Source: a virus
Lineage: Duplodnaviria > Caudoviricetes
Direction: 5' to 3' (one strand)
Virus record (IMG/VR): IMGVR_UViG_3300027007_000012
Location: 24,657 to 88,656 of that record
DNA length: 64,000 nucleotides
The notes beneath the pieces were generated by a model that was not told where the DNA came from, made no database searches, and was given only the letters and a program-made list of their open reading frames with translations. Shown here in pieces: positions 20,776 to 31,075 of this stretch (position 1 is the first letter of the stretch; every line of letters starts with the position of its first letter). The position numbers and the translations under genes were made by a program.

Positions 20776-22962
20776 ATGGGACAAAAAATCCCAACCCCCG
20801 AACGGAGCGAGAGCGAGACGAGAGCAGCAGAGGAGGGACGATGATGCGCCCCGAGTCGCCGATTGAGTGGACTGGCGAGGCCCACCTCGTCACGGTGAGC
20901 TGTAGCCGCTGCGGGAGCACGATGAGCGTCGACGAAGATACGGCGCTCTGGTACGACGAGCAGGGACGCGAGCACGTGTGCGAGGAGTGTGAGTGAGATG
21001 CGCCGAGTGCGTACGATGCTGCTGGCCGCGAGAGTCGTCGCTGGGATCGTCGTGTTCCCGATCGCGCTGACCGCCGCGAGAGCTCGGGCCCGGGTGGTCT
21101 GATGAGCTGTCTCGATTGCGGGTCGACGTCGCTGGCGAGCGAACGAGTGGACGTGGTCGGGCGCCCCGACGAGCGGGTGACGTACTGCGAGAACTGTGGA
21201 GAGGTGCAGTACGTGGATGTGATTCGATGATTACGCTGCTGGTGGCATTGGTGGTTGCCGGGCTGGGCGTGTGGGCGTTCCTGCTGATCGCGAGGGAGCT
21301 GTAGCGATGGACTGGTGCCCGGAGTGCGGGTCGATGGCCCGCGTCGACGAACGACGGTTGGAGCGCCAGGACGACAGCGCGCTCGCCAAGGAGGTGCTCG
21401 ACGTCGTCTGCATGCAGTGTGAGTACGAGGGCGAGAAGCGTCGCACAGTGCCCGCCGTGTTCGAGCGGCGGCCAGCAGAGACGGGGCGGGGCGTGAGCGA
21501 GCGCGAGCCGGGTCACCCGCTCGACCGCTGAGCGCCCCGGTTTCGCGTTCCGCCCGCGCCGACCCCTGTTTCCGGTCCACGAGCAAATAGAGTTCGCGAC
21601 GCGTGTGCATACGCTCGTCTCAGCACGATCCCCCAGGGCCTCACGGCGACGGGCTCCTCGGGCCATCACCCCTCCCCTGTGGATGTTGCTCACGACTGAC
21701 TGGGAGCACACGAACGCACGCCTCAGCGCCTCTACGCGCACTTTCTGTCTGGGGATTTATCATTGGCTTCGACCTTGATTTCCGCTCCACGCGGCCGGAC
21801 GCGGCAACCCGGCACCAGAAGTATCAGCCGCTTTACATGACTATATACCTGTACCATGAGTAGCTAAGAATATGGGAAAACAAAATCCCACCCGACCGGA
21901 ACTGGCCGAGAAGCGACGCAAGCTCGTCAGCGAGCTCCCGTTCACGAGCCCCGCCGAGAGCGGCAATCGGATCGTCGTGTGCGTGCAGGACCGCAAGCTG
22001 TCGAAGTTCGAGCGCGTCGTCGCGGACCTGGACCTGGAGATCGTCGAGCGAGAAGACGCTGGGCACTCGATGCAGGGCCGACGCCAGCGCATGGTCCTGG
22101 AGGCGTCGTAGCATGCGCCGATCGACGCCGGCGGACCTGGAGCAGCGCCTCGCCGCGATCGAAGCAGAGCTGCGAGCGATGAGTCGCGGAGACGTCGACG
22201 CGGGAACGTGCCGGTGGCTGCTGGAGGAGAAGGCCGAGCTCAGAGACGAGCGCGACCGGCTGCACGAGACGAGTGGGCGGTGGGCCTGATGAGCGACGAG
22301 GGATTTCTCCCGCCAGCGCCGACGGGCGGCCACCCAGCAGACGCCGTCGAGCGAGCGCGAGAGATCGTCCAGGGAGCACCGGCGACAGAAGAAGAAGTGG
22401 CGTGGGCGGCGGAGGTCCTCGCAGACGTCGAGTAGGGTCTCCGGTTTCGCGCCGCGTCCCCGCCGTCCCCGTCAGTTTTCAGGCCGATTTCAGGCCGATT
22501 TTCGCAGAAACCCTCGAAATCGAGTGCCTCAGAGCCTCTACGGGCCAAAGTCTTTATATTCGCTTATGTCAAAGATTTAAATGGTATGGCAAAAAACCAA
22601 ACCACCCGACGGGAAGCAGAGCAGGAGAACGAGAGCGACTGGTGGAGCGAGTATCTGCGAGAGCTCGACGAGATCGTTGTGGGAGTGCTCCCAGCCGAGT
22701 CAGATGCGGCACGCCGGCTCGCAGCAGACGAGTACCCGACGTGGAGCCAGCGATGAGTGACGAGACCGGAGAGGCGTGTGCGAGGGGAGTCGAGAGTGCG
22801 AGCAGTGAGCGAGAGCGTGTGCTGGTGAGAGACGTGACCGCCGTCGCGCAAGACCTGGAGACTATGTCGGACCACGATCACTTGAGAAGCAGCCGCATGC
22901 TCGAGAAGACGGCGCGAGAGATCGTCGACGCAGTGCACGTGTACGCAGACGACGACGCGTAG
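20776..22962 (+). CDS. Microprotein ORFs of cassettes 12-14, including CPxCG-type zinc fingers, a short membrane peptide, 21872-22111 and 22586-22756
   Basis: MDWCPECG and MSCLDCG-type starts; leaderless MGQKIP, MGKQNP and MAKNQ starts. Confidence 0.6.
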
Positions 22963-23686
22963 GGAGAGGGGTTGCCGATTTTTTTGGTGCTGTCCGTGAG
23001 CGCCGGAAACGCGCGCCGCCCGTCGCCCGTCTTTCGTGTGTGCAACCGCATGGCTGGGTGAGAGAGCGAGCAGGAGATGAGCAGGAGCGTGTGCAGTAGA
23101 GCCCCCCGCTCGCGGGCCCCACCAAGAGCTGGTGCGCGGCCGGGACCCATTTAGACCTACTTTTACCGCGACACTGATTTTCAGGGATGGGACCGAAACG
23201 AATCACTATACTATCTCACATCAATCCAGTCTTTGTCTTCAAACTCGGTGGCACAGATGTTACACAAATCGATGTCAACTTCTTTCGTTGTCCCGTCCTG
23301 GCGGTCAATCTCAAGGTGATGTTCAGATCCAGTCCTATCGTTACAAACTGAGCACTCCATTTTTAGAAAGATTACAGGTGAACCGTTTTAGTCGTATTCC
23401 CCCTGATCAGTGTCCCACTAAGGTGTTTTCGTGGTGTTGATTCGATTTGATCTACTTTTTACGGGCACCCTGTTTTCAAGCAGTCGCCTCTGGTGGCATC
23501 CAGTGCGGTGACATGAACCAGGTCCATTGACCCTAATGTACCCTTATTTCGAAGCATAACGAAAATTATATATCCGTTCCCTGACTATCTCCATATGTCC
23601 TCCTTGGAACGGAGTGACGCATTGCATGAAGCGAACGAACGACCGGCCTGGAGACCCGGTCACGACCCCGAGAAGCACCGCTTCGG

Positions 23687-26600
23687 ATGCCACCAGGAAC
23701 GGTGATTTTGGTGAGTGAAGCTGACCAGTTCACCCCCGAGATGGTGGAACGTATCGAGGAGTTGCAAGATGATGAGTCGGTCGATTCCCGCAACACGAAC
23801 AGACACGACGAGGGCTGGATCAGGTTCTACGTCGAGTGTCCTGACTGTCACGTCCCGATGGCTCGCACGACGGTCGAGGCGAAGGACGTCGACGAGACAC
23901 ACTCGCGATCGACGCATCGATGCATCTGTCCTGAGTGTCACGCAGTCCAGACGAACCTGACTGTCTACCGCGAGACCTACCGCTTCGACGAGAAGCACCG
24001 GAGGGACGATGCGTAACAAGTATTTCGTCGACGATGTCTCGCGCCAACAGGCGGGTGATCTGTGGCATATCGCCGACGAGAGCCCTGATCCCTATTCGAA
24101 CTGGGTGGCCCGCGTCGCGTGGCGACTGTACAGCGAGCTGGACATCGGCGAGCGCGGCCGACTCAAGTTCCGTGGGGAGAGTGAGTACAACCGGGCTTGC
24201 AAGCTGGTCGAAGTCGAAGCGATTGGGTCTGCATACGGCGACAAGCCCGATCTCGAACGGTCGTGGAAAGACCTGCTGGACAAAGTCGAGAACGCACAGG
24301 TGGTGCCCTGATGTCGAGCGATCCACGGTTGCTTCAGCTGATACAGAGTCAGAACGAACTACTTCGCCAGCAGAACGCGTTCGTTGCCGATCTCGCGAAG
24401 ACGCAGAACGACCTGCTACGGTTCCAGTACCTGGAGCGGCTGGGTCGGATGCCCGAGGTCGAGGAGGCCGAGGAGTACGTCCACTCGGACAAGGTGGAAC
24501 GACTCCGTATCACCGGAGTCAAAGGCTCTGATGGGGACACCCCAAAACTTCACGATTAAAGATGACAAATCGCATAGCGCGTGAGACAGAGGTATCGACA
24601 GATGAATAGGGTGGCTGACATTTCCCCGGGAACGGTCCTGGTGGCCGGGTTCACGGGGAGGCGGTACGTGGTCCAGTCCGTCGACGAGGACGAGGGACTG
24701 GTGTACGTGCGGGGGCTTCCGGCCCTCCCGATGGACGAGCTCCAGCGGGACATCGCCAACGGCAAGATCGGAGTGGTCGGATGAGTCACCTCGAATCTGA
24801 GCTGGTGACAGACATGGACGCGATCGCCGGCTACTCGCGGCGGGCGCTGAACAAGTTGGCCGTCGACGATGTCGATGGAGCGGAACGACTCGTCGAGGAC
24901 ATCCGGAACATCGCGTCCTCGTGGGAGGAACCGTGAACTACGAATCCGCTGGAGTCAACGACCGGCGTGGTGAGATAGGCGTTATCGACGCCTACGTCGT
25001 GTCCGAGTCGCCCTCCGGCGACGGAACGATGTACACGATCCAGTTCGTCCCCTTCGATGAGGGAGAGTGGGTGCCGTCAGACATCCGCTCGGAAGGGTCG
25101 TGGGTACACGTCCAGGATATCTTCCGCGGTGCCCTCCACGAGGCGATTCAGGCGGTCCAGGACGAGTGTGACGTTCGGGTCCCGTTCAACCGACCTGGCT
25201 TCGAGGAGGTTGGGGATGTCTAACCTGGGAGAGGAGCGACGATGTCGACGGTGCGGCTTCACGTGGGTCGACGAGTACGGGAAGTACCGCTCGTGCCCGC
25301 AGTGTTACGGAGAGAAAGATGAGTGACAACGAAGCGATCGCGGTAGAAACGGACGGTGAGACGTACGCCGACATTCGCGTCGACGGCGCAGTGGCCGCGT
25401 CGGTCGACGTCGTCGACGAAGATCAGGTGAAAGCAAAGCTCTACGAGTTGGTGAACCCCGGAGACAGAGACGCGATCGATGTCTGGTTCATCGACCGGCT
25501 GACGGAGGAGAGTGACGAAGATGAGTGACGACATCCACCAGCAACTACGGGAGAAGTACAGTGACCTGATAGAGCGACACAGGGAACTGAAAGCATCTGC
25601 GAGGGAGGCGGATATAACGGAGGACCCGCTCCACTCACCTGGGGAGATACGGGCCGAAGCAGACGGCGTCATCCTGGGAGTGCGGGCTATCGAGGACGTG
25701 CTGAACGCCATCGAGAGGGACGGAGATGAGTGAGAAAGACCCGATCAGGCTGGTCGAGATACTCGAGGACGAGAAGCTCGACTTCGTGGTCTTCCAAGAT
25801 GGTGAGGAACAGACACTGTTCGACAGCTTCGGTGAGGCGGTCGATAACATCCTGAACGTGGTCGGTCTGGACGTTGGCATCGTCCAGGCTGTCGGTGGTG
25901 GCGCATCACGGCCGGTGTACCTCTCGGTGGATGGCGTTATCGAGACGCTCCTGGAGAAGACGCCGGATGACGACGAGGTCGTCGTCTCCCGAGAGCTCCT
26001 CGCTGACACGGCCGATGCGATCGTATCGGCGGGTGCAGAACCGAGTGAGTCGGAGAAGGCCGTGGTCGACGCGATCAACGAGGTGTTGGCGGATGAGTGA
26101 TGACTACGTCGCGACTTACGCACTCGAGCTCAAACGAGACGTCGGCGAGATGACCGCCTGGTATCAGGTTGAAGCGAAGGGAGACGTTGATCTCGACGAG
26201 GCTGATCTCCGCGAGATGGGAGTCGAGACGGTCGAGGAAAACATCCCCGAGGTGCCCGTCGACGAACTGGTCCTCGCGTTCGCCGAGATGACGGAACTGG
26301 AAACGCCGGCGTACACGTTCGAGTTCTCGGCGAAGGTCGACTACCACGCCGACGACAACGACTGTCACGGCATCGCTGTTGGTGGCACCCTCGACGATGA
26401 TGGGGACCTCCGTCTCACGGTCTACCGGACGGAGATGGACGGCATCGACGTGAGCAAGCCGAAAACAGTCGACAGGGTCCTGCTCGACGACGTGAAGTCG
26501 GTGGTGGACGATGAGTAGCACAACGAACGGACAGGTCCAGCGGGGGTCCTCGTCGTTTTCGAGCTGGTGGGAGATCGAGCTCGAGATCCCGTTCGAGATG

Positions 26601-27431
26601 GCGATGGACGCGTACTTCGTCTTCCGTGAGTCGAGCCACAAGTGCTCGGACCGGATGGCGAACGCGCTGTACTACGGCCTGAAGATAGCGAACCACGAGC
26701 GGTCGGACGTGGTGGAGGTCGACGTCCAATACTGGGACAAGGGATGGCGAACCTGGCTCCTGAAGACAGCCAACATGCGACCGCACTACGCATCGGACCC
26801 TGAGCAAATCAAGAACCTGGAGGAGCTGACTGACCTGCTGGAGAACATCTGATGTCGGTCCAGGAGACGGGGACGTGTCCTTACTGTGACATCAACCTTA
26901 AACGGACGGGGACGGCCTTCGGAGAGTTCGACTCGGCGGTGCTGTTCACGTTCGAGGGCCACATCGTCTTCGAATGCCCGGACGTACCCCCAGAGGCACG
27001 GGCATACTTCGATGAGGGAAACAGTCATACCTCTCAGAAGTGAAATGTCAAGTATGAGTTTCGAGAAGTACAAGGGGTCGAGCCGTGGTCGGAAAACGAT
27101 CAGTCACCCAAGTGTTAAAATCTGGTCGTCCGGGAAGATCGCCTTCAACGACATGGCGATGGACGAGTGGCTCGACGGCGCTGAGTACGTCGCGATATTC
27201 ACCCACAGCGATCTCCCCCAGGTGGGGATCGGACCTGAGACGAAGTCCAACTCTGGTCTCCCTCACGTATACGCGCTCCACACACAGGGGACGTATCAGG
27301 GAAAGCTTCTCCAGGTCAAGAAGTTGCTTCGCGATCTCGACTGTGTTCGACCGGACGAATCCCTCGAGCTCGACGCCTGGTACGACGACGATCAGGAGCT
27401 AACGGTCGTCGACCTGTCCCCGCTGACGTAA
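23687..27431 (+). CDS. Operon of about 13 small hypothetical proteins (e.g. 23687-24016 Zn finger, 24009-24311, 24311-24559, 24602-24784, 25319-25528, 25521-25733, 25726-26100, 26093-26518, 26511-26852, 26852-27043, 27045-27431)
   Basis: Continuous ATGA-coupled acidic ORFs; the first start codon is uncertain. Confidence 0.7.
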
Positions 27432-27473
27432 CCCCCACCCCCGAGAGGCCGAATACAGGTCTCCGGGAGCTGC

Positions 27474-27515
27474 GCCCTTCTGGGATTCGGGTCGGTTCGA
27501 TTCCGACCAGGGCCA
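27474..27515 (+). ncRNA. Mini-tRNA-like element 4
   Basis: GCCCT (27474-27478) pairs with AGGGC (27509-27513); T-arm GTCGG-TTCGATT-CCGAC. Confidence 0.7.
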
Positions 27516-27596
27516 TGTGCGCCACCCACGCTGGCGCCCAAGAAATCGCGTGTGGAACGGAGAAGGATATGAAACAGACACAGGAGGCGCGGTGAC

Positions 27597-27968
27597 ATGG
27601 ACGTCATCGTCACTGCGTACGGAAACGACCCGAAGCTGGTCACAAAGGCCGACAGCATCGTCAGAGACGGCTACCGACCGGATGTGTGGGTCCTCTGCGA
27701 ACAGCTGCTCGGAGAGAACGACGACGACATGGTGATCCAGTTACGCAACGACGAGGGAGACAACTGGCTGGTCGACGAGAAGGGGCTCAGGACGGCTGTA
27801 CTCCAGCAGGATTGTATCTACGTCACGGTCGAGCACGAAACAGAAAACGCGGTGTTGCTCGATCTGTACGGCGCCGGTACTGTCGACGGACTCTCGATGC
27901 GGAACACGGTCGGCGAGGTGTGGCTTCCCCGGAGTCAGATCACGTCGTTCGAACTGAAGGACGATTGA
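27597..27968 (+). CDS. Hypothetical protein
   Basis: 123 aa, SD-like GGAGG upstream. Confidence 0.7.
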   Translation: MDVIVTAYGNDPKLVTKADSIVRDGYRPDVWVLCEQLLGENDDDMVIQLRNDEGDNWLVDEKGLRTAVLQQDCIYVTVEHETENAVLLDLYGAGTVDGLSMRNTVGEVWLPRSQITSFELKDD

Positions 27969-27988
27969 CACCACCCCAACGATAGACC

Positions 27989-28525
27989 ATGCTACGCCAA
28001 AACGCAACTGGAGAGGCCGACGTAAACACGCTGGAACTAACGATCACTGACGGTCACCCACTCGACGCGGTTGCGGCCGCGCTCGATGCCCTGGGGGTGA
28101 CAGAGGATCGTGTTGTCACCGCACAGATAGCCGTCACCTACGAAACGGAGGTCGAGACGGTCGAGCCCGTTATCGAGACGAACGGTCAGGATGATAGTGA
28201 GGACGTCGAGCTCGACATCAACGCTGTCGAGACGTGCTCGATCTCGTACGGGAGTCAAGCCTACGCGATCCTCAAGCACCTGGAGGATGTCACGGACGGT
28301 AACGAGTGGGCGACCACACGGGAGATCGCTGAACGACTCGGGGATGGGGAGAAAACAACGGCGGTGAGTGCTCAGGTTTCGAAGTGGAACGAACAGAACC
28401 TCGTCGAGAGAGCACCACGCGACGACATCCCGCAGAAGTCGTACAAGTACAAGATCACCCTGCTGGGGCGCGAGGCGCTTCGTCGATCAGAACACGAAGA
28501 AGAAACCCGACAACCAGTCGTATAA
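27989..28525 (+). CDS. Protein with a C-terminal winged-helix DNA-binding domain
   Basis: ILKHL...WATTREIAERLG...VSAQVSKW...LVER...YKYKIT pattern. Confidence 0.6.
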   Translation: MLRQNATGEADVNTLELTITDGHPLDAVAAALDALGVTEDRVVTAQIAVTYETEVETVEPVIETNGQDDSEDVELDINAVETCSISYGSQAYAILKHLEDVTDGNEWATTREIAERLGDGEKTTAVSAQVSKWNEQNLVERAPRDDIPQKSYKYKITLLGREALRRSEHEEETRQPVV

Positions 28526-28562
28526 CACATGCACCCAGATGCCACCAGAAGCGGGAGGAATC

Positions 28563-28844
28563 GTGAGCAGTAAACGCGCCGGTCTGTCTCCGAAACAGCT
28601 CGGGGCACTCACCAGAGGGGGACTCGTCGAGGTCGACGACGGGACGCGTCGCTCGGTCGAGCTCTATTGTGAACAGGATGATGCCGAGGTGTGGTCTCGG
28701 ATTGCCACCACAGACGGTGGCGAGGAGTTGACGGTCCTTTCGTTCCCGGAGGATGTCTGGGAAGACGTTCTCGACGTACTGGGCGTCGAGGATGGCCGAG
28801 ACAAGATCAAGGTCGGGTCGATGGTGTGGGTACAGCGCGGCTGA
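28563..28844 (+). CDS. Hypothetical protein
   Basis: GTG start; flanked by convergent copies of the dispersed motif at 28538 (+) and 28850 (-). Confidence 0.6.
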   Translation: MSSKRAGLSPKQLGALTRGGLVEVDDGTRRSVELYCEQDDAEVWSRIATTDGGEELTVLSFPEDVWEDVLDVLGVEDGRDKIKVGSMVWVQRG

Positions 28845-29152
28845 CGTTTCTGGTGGCATCCAGGTGATGGGTCGATATTAAAAATTCTTATAGTTGCCAA
28901 CTTCTCGAAATAAGAGATCTGTATAGAAGAGGCGTTTAAACCTGTCTGAAGGGCTTATCTGTGAGGTAATCCGAAAGTTATAATGAGTTGGGGGACCGAG
29001 TGTATGTTACCAGATATGGGTACACAGATGGGGGCGGTCGACACGCTGTTGATCACCCCGAACCCCCACGAGACACGAACGCACTACGAGCTCCTCGAGA
29101 TCGGGCGCGAGGAGTTCCATGGAACTGTTACAGTCGTTGGACTGGCGTCGTA

Positions 29153-29545
29153 GCCCGGCGAGACGATCTTCGAGCCATGATCCCCACCCCCGAGACATCG
29201 AAACCACGTGCCCGAGGCCCGGTAGCGGGTCGTGGGCTGGCAAAAGTGATCGATCATGGTGGATATGGCGGACAAGCGTCCGTAGTACCATACTATGTTG
29301 GGCGCAGTTCTAAATACTCTGCACCCATATACGATTATACGGGCAAGTGCTCTGGTCCATTCACAGACCAGCGTATGCGCTCGTTAAACTGGGTAGCTGC
29401 AAGCGACCCCTTTCGGAACGCGGGGCGACTTACCTGGGGAGGTGTCGTTCCCGTTCGCTTGCAGTTTTCGTACAGTAACGCCCGTGAGACTGGTGTCTCA
29501 CGTCCTGTTCGATTCGGGACACGGGCATCACCCGACTGGGTGAGG
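29153..29545 (+). ncRNA. Candidate large structured ncRNA ending in mini-tRNA element 5 (29480-29527)
   Basis: Stems 29175-29182/29252-29259, 29300-29307/29319-29326, 29352-29357/29366-29371 and 29397-29406/29455-29464; GCCCGT/ACGGGC acceptor-like stem with GTCCTG-TTCGATT-CGGGAC T-arm. Confidence 0.55.
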
Positions 29546-29555
29546 TTCTGAAACG

Positions 29556-30141
29556 ATGGAGGAAATACCACCAGAAGCAGCTGAGCCTGCGCACGAGCAG
29601 GAGTATAACGTCCGGATGCCCCAGGAGATGGTCGTCTACTACGACACGGTTCTCGACCAGACGGTCACGGTCCGCGATGTCGACAGCGGGAACGACGGGT
29701 TTGTCACCTACCACACGGAGGGTGGGCCGGAGAACATGGTAAGCGAGCCCATGAATCGCTTCCTGGCGTGGCTGGCCGCTGGTCGCTTCGTCAAGCTGGG
29801 AGATCGGATGGACGCCCACGGCATCGATGCTTACGACGAAGACATTGCGAACGTCTTCGCCGAGGCGTACGGCTACGACCCGCGCGAGTTCCGCCCGTTG
29901 GAGCTCGCCCGGTTCCTCCTGGCCGAGCGGCTCGACGAGACACTGGTCATGGAGGACGATGGGTAGCGTCCCTGTCGACTTCGACGAAATCGAGGTCACG
30001 GATGACCGATGGCACCACCTGGAGGTGACGATGAACGGCGCGGACGTCGAAGGGGTCGTCTTCGACGGCGACATCGTCTTCGCCACCGAGCAGTACATGG
30101 ACGAACGAGACGATCTGGACGACGTCGACGTGGGTCGCTAA
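29556..30141 (+). CDS. Two hypothetical proteins (29556-29966, 29959-30141)
   Basis: Acidic coupled ORFs. Confidence 0.7.
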
Positions 30142-30303
30142 TCGGGCGATCCATGTCTACTATCAATTACCAGTTTACTTCCTCCTGCTGGTTAATTCTA
30201 AGTGGAAAGTCGGTCGTTGCGACGAATGATAGCCGAAACTGTGGAGTTAGTATATAAACTCACCGCAATGCTTTTCTGATACAAACGACCAAGTATCACA
30301 TAG

Positions 30304-30984
30304 ATGAGTGGTGGACGCCGCCCGGACATCGACCGGTCCCCGTTCCGGGACGAGATCCGGATGCTCCTCAAAAGCAAGGGCCGAGCACACAGCCCGACCT
30401 ACGAGGAGGTTCAACAGCAGATCGAAGAACGGTACGGCGAGGAGTTTACCGTCCGGCAACTCCGCGACTACATGAACAAGGAGCTTCTCCCCGAGGAGCT
30501 CATGCCGGCCCAGGAAGCACAAGAGGAACTGGAGCGCCGGAAGGAAACTGTCGATATTGCCGCGAAGCGACAGGATCTCGTCGAACTACAGGAATCGCGC
30601 CTCGGCAAGGCCGTTGAGACTGAGGAACAGATGGGCGGGATGCTCCTCGACCAGGTGAACGATCAGATCGAGCTGAAAGACAAACTGCTCGAATCGCTCT
30701 CGAAAGACTACGAACGCCTCGGCGTGCTCCAGTCCACGAGTGAGATCGACATCGACGTTAACCAGGTACAGGCCGACCCGTTCAGCCAGATGCTCGCCGA
30801 ATCCCTCCAGGTAGAGCTTGATGCCGACGACGATGGCGACGACGAACACTCGGACTACCGCGATCCCGAGGACATCCGAAACGAAGCGGAGTCCGAGGAT
30901 GACTTCGAGGAGGGTGAGTCCGAAGACGCCTGGATGGAGAAAGACGCCGACGAAATCACCCTCGACGACCTCCCCGACGAATAA
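30304..30984 (+). CDS. Terminase small subunit candidate
   Basis: N-terminal helical/HTH-like region, coiled coil and acidic tail, directly upstream of TerL (position-based call). Confidence 0.5.
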   Translation: MSGGRRPDIDRSPFRDEIRMLLKSKGRAHSPTYEEVQQQIEERYGEEFTVRQLRDYMNKELLPEELMPAQEAQEELERRKETVDIAAKRQDLVELQESRLGKAVETEEQMGGMLLDQVNDQIELKDKLLESLSKDYERLGVLQSTSEIDIDVNQVQADPFSQMLAESLQVELDADDDGDDEHSDYRDPEDIRNEAESEDDFEEGESEDAWMEKDADEITLDDLPDE

Positions 30985-31013
30985 AAAAAACCCCACTCGA
31001 TGCCACCAGAGGC

Positions 31014-31047
31014 GTATGTACGTACATACGCGCCCATACGTACGCCC
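31014..31047. repeat. RY-alternating element with TACGCGCC core, next to a dispersed-motif copy
   Basis: gtatgtacgtaca-tacgcgcc-catacgtacgccc, between TerS and TerL. Confidence 0.85.
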
Positions 31048-31075
31048 CTCCTGGCACCCCTGAAGCCCTCCCCAG

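Larger units (their letters stand above)
7500..22620 (+). promoter_or_regulatory. Repeated cassette promoter: TATA box, then (T)ACCCTGAGTAG-like block, then 5' hairpin with A-rich loop, often followed by CCCGAAC; at least 14 copies
   Basis: Hairpin/ATG positions about 7537, 10361, 11863, 13945, 14874, 16027, 18158, 18578, 18828, 19362, 20092, 20776, 21872, 22586; TATA about 30 bp upstream of ATGGGA in the leaderless copies. Confidence 0.9.

Noticed and set aside
7500-23100. CRISPR array or integron interpretation of the repeats
   Set aside because: Spacing is irregular (0.25-2.5 kb), units carry their own promoters and ORFs, and there is no cas or integron-integrase gene or attC-type structure
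27421-27520. Full tRNA gene (also considered at 7926, 15632, 29480 and 47138)
   Set aside because: Only 8-18 nt lie between the acceptor 5' strand and the T-arm, leaving no room for D and anticodon arms; reported as mini-tRNA elements instead
28368-28859. ORFs that begin or pass through MPP at the dispersed motif (e.g. 28455-28859 minus)
   Set aside because: The ATG is a by-product of the motif; no supporting promoter, SD or composition
28988-29551. 187-aa plus-strand ORF
   Set aside because: Arg/Gly-rich and non-acidic, unlike the neighbouring proteins; dense base-pairing fits an ncRNA better. A 45-codon ORF at 29015-29152 may be real
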